From: Octopus sinensis | Taxonomy: Eukaryota | Length of the DNA stretch: 33,670 bases | Direction of reading: 5' to 3' | Assembly (NCBI RefSeq): GCF_006345805.1 | Contig: NW_021831927.1 | Span: 1 to 33,670 of the forward strand | Shown here: in pieces, positions 1 through 10,069 of the stretch | Position numbering within the stretch: position 1 is the first letter of the stretch | Layout: each line of letters begins with the position of its first letter | Notes under the pieces: generated by a model | The model's database searches: none | The model's input: only the letters and a program-made list of their open reading frames with translations | Told to the model about the DNA's origin: nothing | Position numbers and translations under genes: made by a program

Positions 1-36
1 TCAAATGCATGAAACAAATGAATGAAAGGGTAAAAG

Positions 37-38
<2 letters not shown>

Positions 39-69
<31 letters not shown>

Positions 70-150
70 ACACACACATATATATATATATACACATTAA
101 ACAGAGAGAAAGAAAGAGAAATGTAGAGAGAGAGAGAGAGAGAGAGAGTA
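39..150. repeat. (CA)n/(TA)n and (GA)n microsatellites
   Basis: Dinucleotide runs read directly. Confidence 0.95.
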
Positions 151-439
151 ATAGAGAAGTTTAGGAGAAAGAAATTAAGAGAGAAAAATGGATGTTAGGA
201 GAAAGAAAGTGTGTGATCTTAAGATAGAGATTAAGAATGGGACGATGCAATATGAGGAATGAGAGAGAGTGGGGGGGAGAGAAATAAAATTAAAAAATAG
301 AAATAAAATGTAGAAATAAAAAGTAAGAAATAGAAAGAGGAAAGTAAAAGAAGACTACGTCGTGAAATAATCTCTATATCTTATTACATATACACTTACA
401 TCTATATATATATTATTTACATAAGCACACACACTCGCA

Positions 440-449
440 TACATATATA

Positions 450-503
<54 letters not shown>

Positions 504-1398
504 TATACATATGTATATACATAATATATATACATATATATACATATATATAACATATATGTATGTATATATATATATATATTATTATATATATATATTA
601 TATGATATATATCTAAATATATACATATACATCCTTAATCCTTAAAAATGTTTACGCGTGCACAAACCACAAATATGTATATACACATGTTATGTATATA
701 TATATATATACCCAACATGTATGAACATCTACATACACCATACTAGCAATTTGTATATGCACATTCACGAATTATATGTTAGTGTATGTGTATATGTGTG
801 TGTGTGTCGTTTGTCCGTGGTGTGTATTTGTGTGTGTGTATGTGGTGTTGTGGGTTTTGTGTGATGTGCGTGTTTGTGTGTTTGTGTGTGTATGCGTTTG
901 TTTGTGTGCGTGTGTTTGTGTGTTGTGTGTGTTTCGATGCATGCGAGTTTGTGTGTATGAGTTTGTGTTTGTGTGTGTATGTATGTCTGTATATATGTGT
1001 GTGTGTGCGTTTGTCTGTGTGTGAGTGTTTGTGTGTTTGTGTGTATATATGTGTGTGTGTGTACGGGTTTGTCTCTGTGTGTATTTGTGTGTGTGCGTTT
1101 GCATGTGTGTAGGTGTGTGTGCGTGTTTGTGTATTTGTGTATGTCTGTATGTGTGTGTGTGTGTGTGTGTGTGCATTTGTCTGTGTGTGAGTGTTTGTGA
1201 TTGCGTGTTCGTGTGTGTATATACGAGTGTGTGTGTGTGTGTGTGTGAGAGAGTACGCGCTTGTCTCTGTGTGTGTGTTTGTGTTTCGGCGTGCATGTGT
1301 GTTTGTGTGTGTGTGTGTGCGTGTGTATGTGAGCAGGTGTGTGTGTGCGCGCGTGCTTGTGTGTTTATGTATGTATGTATGTGTGTTTGTGTGTGTGT
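440..1398. repeat. Compound (TA)n and degenerate (TG)n microsatellite block
   Basis: Direct. Explains the HT/CV/YI-rich ORFs at 658-1627. Confidence 0.95.
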
Positions 1399-1686
1399 AC
1401 AAAGTAAAAAAAAAACATTGAGAGTGGTGAGAGAGAGAGACAGTCTGTTTGCAAACTAAGAAGAGGACCGGCATCCGATTAGCTTTTGTGGTTTTTGCCG
1501 TTGTTGTTATTATTACCATTATTGAGTAAGAGCAAGAGAAGGAAGGAGAGAGAGAGGGAGAGCGGGGGAGAAGGAGAGAGCTTTGGTACCAACTAATCAG
1601 ATTGGTTGTTCGTGATGTACACTGCATGGAGATATATTATCCCACTTGACTTGGGTGCATTTACACGACACGAAACAATGAGCAAG

Positions 1687-1720
1687 GACGTGTTTCTACG
1701 CAACTTTACGGCATCCTCAA
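1687..1720 (-). ncRNA. Degenerate hammerhead-like motif
   Basis: Minus strand reads UUGAGGA-UGCCGUAA-AG-UUGCGUA-GAAAC-AC-GUC. Helix II pairs with one bulge; no helix I partner; C3 is U. Confidence 0.3.
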
Positions 1721-1762
1721 TAACAATAACCACAACACGAAAAGGCCTTACAGGAGTCACCT

Positions 1763-2182
1763 ACACAGTCACTAGATCTTGCTAAAAATATCAGCCAAAT
1801 CTTCCTTAAAACCTACACGCTCTGTTTATAATCTTAAATGATCGTAAGGATACTACTATAGGAAACGTAATCCGGAAAAAGTTCTCAAAAGTTGGGACGG
1901 TCACGGTTGGAATGCTGGTAAATCGGAACTCATCTCGGGTCAAACAGTAACTATAGCATCTGTTCTAGTATCAACACAGTCACTAGATCTGCTAGAAATA
2001 TCAGCCAAATCTTCCTTGAACCTACACGCTCTGTTTATAATCTTAAATGATCGTAAGGATACTACTATAGGAAACGTAATCCGGAAAAAGTTCTCAAAAG
2101 TTGGGACGGTCACGGTTGGAATGCTGGTGAATCGGAACTGATCTCGGGTCAAACAGTAACTATAGCACCTGTTCTAGTATCA
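1763..2182. repeat. Recent tandem duplication of a ~210-bp unit (1763-1973, 1974-2182)
   Basis: Both copies start acacagtcactagatc and end tagtatca; they differ by two 1-bp indels and a few substitutions. Confidence 0.95.
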
Positions 2183-2545
2183 ACAACCATAACAGCAACA
2201 ACAAAAAAACAGAAACAGAAACAGGGACCGCAACAACAACAACAATACCAATAGCCAAGCAAATCACGGTGGCAGGAACGAAGAATAGGTTGCTGTTTCT
2301 ATAGCAATTGTCAAAACACTCACCATTGAGGCGCGCAATACAGCAAAAAAAAAAAGGACCAAAAACAATTATAACAAAAACAATAATGACGTTTTCTTTT
2401 TCTTTCGTGAAGACGTCATCATCTTTCTGAATATCTTTGGTGGAATAACGCTTAGTGCTTCGTCATCGACGCTCTTTCTGGGACGAACAAGAAGTATTGG
2501 ACTTTACGTCTCTAGCACCAAGTAAGTCCCTAAATATTCACGTGT

Positions 2546-2740
2546 GTGCTGACGATTTTTTTCCTTCCGTCTTCCCTTCCTTGGATCTTTCCTTTTCCTA
2601 TGTTTCTGACGAAGAGCTCAGCTCGAAACGTTAAATCCTCATTCTTTCTTTCCTTTCCTGAGCGTCCAATAACACTATACTTGTCCCACGTCCTCGCGTT
2701 GTTATATTATCTATTTGTGTTTTCATGTTTGGATAACCTT
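2546..2740 (+). mobile_element. Short hammerhead-bearing interspersed repeat (family H, copy 1), probably Penelope-derived and non-autonomous
   Basis: Pyrimidine-rich leader, hammerhead core at 2606-2632, downstream ttcctgagcgt motif shared with copies at ~11.9 kb and ~14.5 kb, ends at a (TA)n tract. Confidence 0.6.
2602..2636 (+). ncRNA. Minimal type I hammerhead ribozyme motif
   Basis: GUUU-CUGACGA-A-GAGC-UCA-GCUC-GAAAC-GUU-AAAU: intact core, 4-bp helix II, palindromic ACGU helix III, 4-bp helix I (one G-U). Confidence 0.7.
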
Positions 2741-2826
2741 ATATATATATATATTTGTTGTGCATTCCGAAATATAACAATATAATATATATATATAATA
2801 TAGATATATATATATATATATAATAT

Positions 2827-2895
<69 letters not shown>

Positions 2896-2920
2896 ACTAT
2901 AGATTATATATACATACATA
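2740..2920. repeat. (TA)n microsatellite
   Basis: Direct. Confidence 0.95.
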
Positions 2921-2983
2921 TAGCTATTGGTGCAAATGGTTTCTTATACGGTGCCGTGTTTTATAATCCTGTAAAGAATAATG

Positions 2984-3134
2984 ATGGTATTTTTTTTTAT
3001 ATTAAGCTTAAAGCTTATTACGATCACCGTGCAATGACTAAGGAAATAGTCTAATAAAGGGGCAAATAAGACCCTTTATTAGACCATCTTCTTTAGTGAT
3101 CACCATTAGCTTTAAGCTTATATAAAAACACCAT
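2984..3134. mobile_element. Fold-back (long inverted repeat) element
   Basis: Left arm atggt...taagcttaaagct...gtctaataaaggg is the imperfect reverse complement of ccctttattagac...agctttaagctta...accat; ~10-nt loop gcaaataaga. Confidence 0.75.
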
Positions 3135-3158
3135 TATATATATATATATATATTATAT

Positions 3159-3189
<31 letters not shown>

Positions 3190-3290
3190 TATTATATATA
3201 TTAATAATAATAATAATGATAATAATGTGATAACAAAAGAATGATGAACCTCTACATCATGTATATAGAGGACTTCATCGATAAATATAT

Positions 3291-3450
3291 GTGACAAATA
3301 GTTGGTTGCAATAATAAAACTCAGAATTTCGGATGCCAGGACTGAAGTCTGCTCCGGCATCTCAGTTATAATTGATGAGATGCCGGAGCAGACTTGCAGC
3401 CCCGGCATCCGAAACTCTGAGTTTTATTATGGCAACTAATTATTTGTCAC
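3291..3450. mobile_element. 160-bp fold-back element with a hammerhead-like motif in each arm
   Basis: gtgacaaata...ggatgcc...gtctgctccggcatctca / tgagatgccggagcagac...ggcatcc...tatttgtcac near-perfect inverted repeat. Confidence 0.85.
3368..3427 (+). ncRNA. Hammerhead-like motif (C3U variant)
   Basis: AUAA-UUGAUGA-GAUGCCGG-(15 nt)-CCGGCAUC-C-GAAA-CUC-U-GAG-UU-UUAU: 8-bp helix II, near-palindromic helix III, 4-bp helix I. Confidence 0.55.
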
Positions 3451-3459
3451 TTGTTATAC

Positions 3460-3484
3460 TTGTGTGTGTGTGTGTGTGTGTGTG

Positions 3485-3538
<54 letters not shown>

Positions 3539-3548
3539 TTGTGTGTGT
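3460..3548. repeat. (TG)n microsatellite
   Basis: Direct. Confidence 0.95.
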
Positions 3549-3790
3549 ATAATCATAAATGACAATAGTTTGTTGCATAGATTGTGATATTTAAATTTTC
3601 TTATTGTTAAACTGTTTCTCTGCCATTTACGACATATATAACCCTAACCCTAACTTTATACACTCCTTTTAATGTTCTCTTGTACCGTAGTATCTATTCT
3701 ATGTTTTTTAGAATGATACATTAGAGAGCCTTTTTTTTTAATGAGTACCACCAGATTACGTGAATCCATAGATTGTGGTTAATATATATA

Positions 3791-4019
3791 TCGTTGCTAT
3801 TATGCAAAAGTGTCGTAAGTCCAAAACGTTGCTTTTTCAGAAAATGAAAAAATTTGTTTCGCCGTTCCGTACCAAATTCGTCGTACTACACTTCGAGAAT
3901 TTTTGATATCTTAGAATCTGAAGCAGCTGGAGATACGATAGTTTGCCCAAAAGATCCGGCTATTGAAAGAAACGAATTTGGCCAAATTTGGCCATCGACA
4001 GTTTAACATAATAGCACGA
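3791..4019. mobile_element. MITE with ~25-bp imperfect TIRs in TA context (Tc1/mariner-like)
   Basis: Left tcgttgctattatgcaaaagtgtcg versus reverse-complemented right tcgtgctattatgttaaactgtcg; TA on both sides. Confidence 0.65.
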
Positions 4020-4023
4020 TATA

Positions 4024-4088
<65 letters not shown>
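4020..4088. repeat. (TA)n microsatellite
   Basis: Direct. Confidence 0.95.
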
Positions 4089-4089
<1 letters not shown>

Positions 4090-4165
4090 CGGGTGAGGGG
4101 TGAGTGCATGCATGTTGACGTATGTATGTATGCAGGTGGTAGGTGTGTGTTTTATGCATGTATGC

Positions 4166-4512
4166 CTTTCTTTTCCACTTGCTTCGGTTACTGGAACGCG
4201 GCCATGCTGGGGCACCGCCTTGAAATCGACGCCAGTAGTTTTGGGGGTTTTTTTTAAGACTAGTACTTATTCTGATGATGACTATTACTGAAACGTTAAG
4301 TTACAGGGATGTAAACAAACGAGCACTGTTGTCAAACGGCAGTCTGTCACACAACCACACACATATATACGACGGGCTTCTTTCAATTTCCATCAACCAA
4401 ATCTATTCAAGAAGCTTTAGTCGACCCGGGGCTATAGCAGAAGAAACTTGCCTAAGGTACCATGCATTCGGAATGAACTCAAAGCTATTCGCGTAGCAAA
4501 CTTCTTGCCACT
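4166..4512 (-). mobile_element. tRNA-derived SINE family A, diverged copy
   Basis: Aligns by eye to the copy at 6221-6686 (ggcggtgccccagcatggcc tail, gaagcccgtcgtatat body). Confidence 0.8.
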
Positions 4513-4547
4513 ATTTTCCTTATTTCAGGTGGTACTTTTTTACCTAC

Positions 4548-4604
4548 GCACGCGCACGCACGCACACACACACATACACACACACACACACACACATGCA
4601 CACA

Positions 4605-4642
<38 letters not shown>

Positions 4643-5183
4643 ACGCACACACACGACTGACTTCCGGCCGTCAAAATGTATTGTTAGGCCTGAGCTTATT
4701 ATCGGCCCAAGGTGCTCCGCTTTGAAATTGAAACCGATGCCAAGTGATTACGAAGAGAATTTTTTAGCTACTACTCATGTTTTAATCTATGCACACAAAT
4801 GTGTGTTGGCTGATACATTTGATATATAGAGATAATTTTGTGTGCGTATGTGTGTGTGTGGATATGTATATATGTGTGTAGTGCGTGCGTTTAGATGTGC
4901 ATGTAAATATATGGTGTATGTATACATACAGGTATGCCTGAATGTGTATGTGAATATGTGGTGTGCATAAATATATGTATACGTGAATATGTAGTGTATG
5001 TGTGTGTACATATATTTATATGTATGTCAATATGTAGAGTGTGTCTGTATACATAGCTATGTACGTGAATATGTAGTGTGCGTGTATGCATACATATACA
5101 TGTATGTGACTGTGTAGTGTCAGTGTGTGTATACATATGTAATGTTACGTGAACGTTTGTGTGTATGCATATATGTGTATGTA

Positions 5184-5273
<90 letters not shown>

Positions 5274-5347
5274 ATATATGTACATACACATACAAACATA
5301 CATACGGATATATATATATTTATAAAGATAAATATACTCGGAAATGG

Positions 5348-5378
<31 letters not shown>

Positions 5379-5390
5379 TAGAGTAATCAC
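4548..5390. repeat. (CA)n, (TG)n/(TATG)n and long (TA)n microsatellites
   Basis: Direct; unique sequence interrupts at ~4655-4835. Confidence 0.9.
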
Positions 5391-6220
5391 ACATTGATGT
5401 GTGTGTGTACGTAAAGGTCAGCTTGAACCGATTTCTTTACAAAAGGCATGACTCTAACAATATCTAGCTGTGTTTACATTACAAGTTACCGCAACATCAT
5501 TAAGCAAAAATATAACATTATGATTCTCCTATAGAAATCCCATCCGCTAATCATATTGTGTTGCACACGTAACGTTTCCTTGTTCTTATTACATGATTCT
5601 GAGATGTTTCTCATCAAAATTCCCCATGTTGTATACAAAGCGGGATTAATCTAGTACAGGACCCACAACATACGTTACTAAGGAGACCCAAATCCTAAAT
5701 TGGAGATTTAATTTATTGAATAGTGATTATTTTTCAATGAATTCCAACTTCGTAATTTGAAAAACTGGTATGTAAAAAAAATCAATAAGAATGAACAGGT
5801 TTTGTTTCCCATGTAATCTGTAATTCCATCGGAGTGTGAACTTACGATATTTCTTTTAAGGACTCGGCGGAAGAAACCTTTATGGTTCAACAAAATTGAA
5901 GGAGGCTGCAGTTACTCATTTTGGATGCAGTGAGCAAGATGGGGCAAGCAAGACATCTTGGTCATCCACTGCATCCGTCTCCATCTCCAATCGCCTTGAC
6001 GTGGTCTTGTCACTGCATCGAAGATGGTCACGGACAAGTGTGACGTTCAGAGTGCGCAACTCTTCTTCACTTTCAACAAAATTGCTGAGCAAACCATTGG
6101 TCATCCGTAAGGATGATTAGATGGTCCTGTTAGAGGATCAGGAGTTCTGTTTGACATAAGATCAAAACAGAAACTGCATAAAACAAACTGTTTGTAAATC
6201 ACTGAAAAAAAATTAGCATC

Positions 6221-6439
6221 AGGCGCAGGAGTGGCTGTGTGGTAAGTAGCTTGCTAACCAGCCACATGGTTCTGGGTTCAGTCCCACTGCGTGGCATCTT
6301 AGGCAAGTGTCTTCTGCTATAGCCTCGAGTCGACCAAAGCCTTGTGAGTGGACTTGGTAGACAGAAAGAAAAGAAGCCTGTCGTATATGTATATATATAT
6401 ATATAATATATTTGTGTGTGTGTGGTGTGTGTGTGTGTG

Positions 6440-6472
<33 letters not shown>

Positions 6473-6686
6473 TGTGTCTGTGTTTGACCCTCTAGCATTG
6501 CTTGACAACCGATGCTGGTGTGTTTACGTCCCCGTCACTTAGCGTTCGGCAAAAGAGACCGATAGAATAAGTACTGGGCTTACAAAGAATAAGTCCCGGG
6601 GTCGATTTGCTCGACTAAAGGCGGTGCTCCAGCATGGCCGCAGTCAAATGACTGAAACAAGTAAAGGAGTAAAAGAGAGTAAGAGT
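6221..6686 (+). mobile_element. tRNA-derived SINE family A, full length with internal (TA)/(TG) microsatellite
   Basis: Pol III A-box-like gtggctgtgtggtaag, B-box-like gggttcagtccc, CORE-like cttaggcaagt, 3' tail ggcggtgctccagcatggccgcagtcaaatgactgaaacaagtaaa. At least 7 homologous copies in the window. Confidence 0.9.
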
Positions 6687-6781
6687 ATCGCTGCGTCTTT
6701 CAGTAATAAGGTAGTTTGTTCAACCGTTCTTGTTGAAGAGAAAAATTACAATTTCAAATATTGTATGATTATTTTAGTATA

Positions 6782-6999
6782 CGAAAGAGTGCGGAAAAGT
6801 TCCTGGCTTTAGGTAAAAAGAAAATACAGGGGGATCAGTTAATTACCATTTTATCCAGCATATTCCCCTCTGAGATTCACACATTTACTGCAGCGGTCCT
6901 TCAATTTTCCTAAGCCCTCTAAAAGAACACGGAAAGTTGGACCTCCAACCAGGCTATTTGTGGCACCCTTAAAGCCAGGAACTTTTCAGCACCCTCTGG
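6782..6999. mobile_element. Mariner-like MITE with TA target duplication
   Basis: TA|cgaaagagtgcggaaaagttcctggcttt ... aaagccaggaacttttcagcaccctctgg|TA, ~30-bp TIRs. Confidence 0.85.
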
Positions 7000-7085
7000 T
7001 AATAGCACAGAAGAAATAGATGGACAACCAACAAAAATGAAATCTTCAAATTTTTGGTTGTTAGAAATTTATGTTAATTTACATC

Positions 7086-7232
7086 GGGTTTTCCCAACCG
7101 GAGCCCTTACGACCCATTGGGATCCATATAAGTTTTGCTTTAAAATTTACATACAATAAACTGCATATTTTTCTACGATACACAAAATAATTCAACAACT
7201 TGTTTAATACAATTTCTAGTAATATTTAATAA
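7086..7232. mobile_element. hAT-like MITE fragment, homologous to 28908-29614
   Basis: ttcccaacc...gggatccatataag...ctacgatacacaaaata matches gggtccatataag...ctacgattcacaaaata at ~28955-29030. Confidence 0.5.
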
Positions 7233-7447
7233 TCCTTTCTTCTATAAGCACAAGGCCTGGAATTTGGAGGAGTGGGGATAGGCGATTACATCAACACTAG
7301 TACTCAACTAGAGCTGATTTTATCGATCCCGAAGGGTCAAAGAGAAAGTTGACCTTGGCAGAATTTGAACTCAACGTGAATGCGGGCGAAATACCTATTT
7401 TTTTACTACAACAAGAGGCTAAACACAGAGAGGACAAACAAGGACTA
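7233..7447 (-). mobile_element. tRNA-derived SINE family B, 5'-truncated monomer joined to the tail of another monomer
   Basis: Central domain (tttatcgatcccgaagggtcaaagagaaagttgacc) and junction cgaaatacc|tatttttttactacaacaagaggctaaacacagagagg, as at 24560-24610. Confidence 0.8.
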
Positions 7448-7575
7448 AGTGTATGTGTACATGTCTGTGTGCGTGAATGCATTTATATATATATATATGT
7501 GTGTGTGTATGTGTGTGTGTGGTGTGGTATGTATGTATGTATATGTATGTATATATATATATATATATATTATAT
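7448..7575. repeat. (TG)/(TA) microsatellite
   Basis: Direct. Confidence 0.9.
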
Positions 7576-7739
7576 AAATTCAAATTACGATGAACGTAAA
7601 CAAACAAATGACGCTTGCTTTAGAAGTGTTGAGATGTCTTAGGAAGTTAAAGAAGGGATTTTAAATTCCCAAACGCAGGATAAAGCTAATAATATAGCCT
7701 GGACAGGATAAGCTACTCCTATTTTGCAGAAAAAAGTGT

Positions 7740-7818
7740 TGGCGGCCAGCTATGAGACTCGAAGTCACACCTCCGTGATTACGTGTCGCGGTGCTCTGAA
7801 CCATTAAGCTAAACCGCA
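7740..7818 (-). pseudogene. tRNA-like sequence (Thr-CGT-like loop), pseudogene or isolated SINE head
   Basis: Minus strand: GCGGTT-TAGCTTAATGGTTCAGAGCA-CCGCGA-CACGTAA-TCACGG-AGGT-GTGAC-TTCGAGT-CTCAT-AGCTGGCCGCCA, then a T6 run. U33 and G53 are altered. Confidence 0.55.
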
Positions 7819-7873
7819 CAGTTCTATTGGTATGATACCAAAGGTTTCCAACAAATATTCAATTATTCAACCG

Positions 7874-7927
7874 TTGTTTGACTAAAGTAATTCGGCCATT
7901 TTGTTTGACTAAAATAATTCGGGCATT
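7874..7927. repeat. 27-bp tandem duplication
   Basis: ttgtttgactaaagtaattcggccatt followed by ttgtttgactaaaataattcgggcatt. Confidence 0.9.
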
Positions 7928-8084
7928 GTTGTTAGGCTGAGTGCAAACGAGATATCAAACGAGATTTTATATAAAGATCTGACGGCAGAAACATAAAAGG
8001 ACTAATTAAATGGGTTACACCATTGTGGTGTTGATTTCTCACCTTCGAGTTCGATGCTTGAACTGAGAGTGGGGTTGAGTTTGC

Positions 8085-8241
8085 GTGTGTGAATGCATAT
8101 GTTTGTGTATATGTGTGTGTATATGCGTGTGTCTGTTTCTGAGTGTATGTGTGCGTGTGTGTGTGTATGTATATATATATGTGTATAAACATATATATAT
8201 ATATATGTGTGTGTATATATATACATACATATATATATATA

Positions 8242-8320
<79 letters not shown>
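8085..8320. repeat. (TG)/(TA) microsatellite
   Basis: Direct. Confidence 0.95.
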
Positions 8321-8324
<4 letters not shown>

Positions 8325-9430
8325 GAAGTGGGGTGTAATTGCATGCATATATTTATATTGAAGTGTTTATGAATATCATAATTGCAATATAATTGCCTTT
8401 AATGGAATAACCAACAGAATATGACCGAGAGACACATCTCATTTTATATAATAATATGTTAATTGGTTGACTAAAACAGTGAATAGCAAGCGACTTGTCT
8501 GCGATGGTGTGTTATGTCTAAGCAGAAACACACTTAGTCGTCAGTGACCCAGATTATATAGTAATTAAAAGGTACCTTAGTAAGATGAATCTTACCACTG
8601 CTAATAGTGAAATTATTGTACAATGATCCAGTTTTTTGTCCTTCTGCAGGATTGATGGTAAGAGTTCTCTTTTGTGGTAATCTTGCTAAGTTATCCTCCT
8701 ACAGTGTCAGCTCCCCAAAGTCAACTTGTATATTTTCAAATATGGAGTTAATCCGAGACATTCGCCTCTTCTTGTCTCATCATTCATTCTGTTTCTCCAC
8801 TTCTGTTCTTTGTATTGATCAGTATACTAATCAGAAATTCTTGAGAATGCCGTCGGGTCGGGGTTTTTTTTTTCTCTTTGCCTTCCAAAATTTCGATGAT
8901 TTTCAGATTTCAAAAAGAGCGTCATCAAGCGTATGACGACGCTGACCAATCTGAAAGAGGAGGGTGGGTGCTGTGAAGATCATTGTCAGTGCCTTTAGTT
9001 TTACTCCTGATTAAACATGGCAAGATACAACAGCTCTGACGAAGGAGCGTATGAACCAACAACAGAGAACCTTGCTTGGTCACTCGATGTGCTGGAACTA
9101 ACAGAAAAATCACCTTAAAAAATCACTCGTTGCAGTCTTAGAAAAGGAACGGACGTTAATAGCATCTGCTTGACAGCTTAGTGGGATTAACGGAGATAAT
9201 TATCTCTACAAATATCTCCAAGTCAAACAAATAAATCAGAAATGGAAATAAAAAAAAAAGGTAATAAGCCGCCTCGTTGTGAGTTGAATAAGAATGTAGA
9301 TACAATTGTTATCTATTGTGTTGAAGTATGGAAATAGAGGGACAAAATCTATGCATTAATCCACTAGTGTAATCAATGGCTGATTTAGATATCAGCTGAT
9401 TTATACTATTGATTAAAGAAAGAAGTTGTA

Positions 9431-9708
9431 CAGTAAACCCTCACCATATTGCGGTTCACCTATCGCGGCTCACATATCGCGGTTCATCTATCACGGTTCA
9501 CATATCGCGGTTCACCTATCGTGGTTCACCTATCGCGGTTCACCTTCCACGGTTTATCATTTAAGCTTACGTCGATTCCTCTATGTGGTTGTTTTGCATT
9601 TATAATAAAATAAATATACACAAATTATAAAAGTAATCTTAATAAATATACGGCACAGTACTGTTTCTATTTCGCGATTTTTCACCAATCGCAGGGGTTT
9701 GGGGAACA
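9431..9708 (+). mobile_element. pogo/Tigger-like MITE, right end truncated, with internal 14-bp tandem array
   Basis: TA|CAGTAAACCCTC start; 7 units of gcggttcacctatc at 9451-9548; right subterminal ttcgcgatttttcaccaatcgcagggg...ggaac resembles Tigger/MER2-type ends (from recall). Confidence 0.65.
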
Positions 9709-10069
9709 CATGACTTCTCTAAAGATGGGTCAACAAAACATGAAACGGTCTGTCAGGAAACTCACACCCTTGTTTATTCCATACATCAATTGCATAGAAG
9801 GAATGTGTTGCTTACATTTATAATATATTTAAAGTTACGTTGTCTAATATTCAAATTTGCTGTTCTGCATAAAATAGATATTGTCTAATTAATGATGAGT
9901 TCTCAAAATCCCGAATACGAGTAGCCATTAACGCATTGGTCAGCTACCGATCTCAACTATTGATTGCGAAGGAAAGCTCTGAAGAACAATCAACGAACCG
10001 CGAAACAGACGTTCGAGAGACTTTCCTCTCTTTCCGCACATCAGTAGAAACGAATGTGGGCTTACGGTG

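Noticed and set aside
1846-1873. ggat...ggaaacgtaatcc hammerhead-like 3' half (and its duplicate at ~2055-2082)
   Set aside because: No CUGANGA core upstream.
3639-3654. Telomere-like (TAACCC)n
   Set aside because: Only about 2.5 units; too short for an interstitial telomere call.
4272-4297. CUGAUGA...GAAACGUU on the antisense strand of a family A SINE
   Set aside because: The 11-nt spacer cannot form helix II, helix I is only 2 bp, and other family A copies read differently here. Likely chance decay.
5850-5893. HKGFFRRV resembling the nuclear-receptor CKGFFRR motif
   Set aside because: No zinc-finger cysteines nearby; chance similarity.
6221-6300. SINE heads as real tRNA genes
   Set aside because: They lack a closing acceptor stem and continue into multi-copy SINE bodies.
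8520-8546. Minus-strand CUGACGA followed by a CUAAG/CUUAG stem
   Set aside because: Followed by ACAUAAC, not GAAAC, and no cleavage triplet.
9451-9548. CRISPR-like regular repeats
   Set aside because: The units are directly tandem with no spacers, in eukaryotic context with no cas genes.
9725-9740. 16-mer atgggtcaacaaaaca shared with 22522-22537
   Set aside because: No extension on either side; one such match is plausible by chance in 34 kb of AT-rich DNA.
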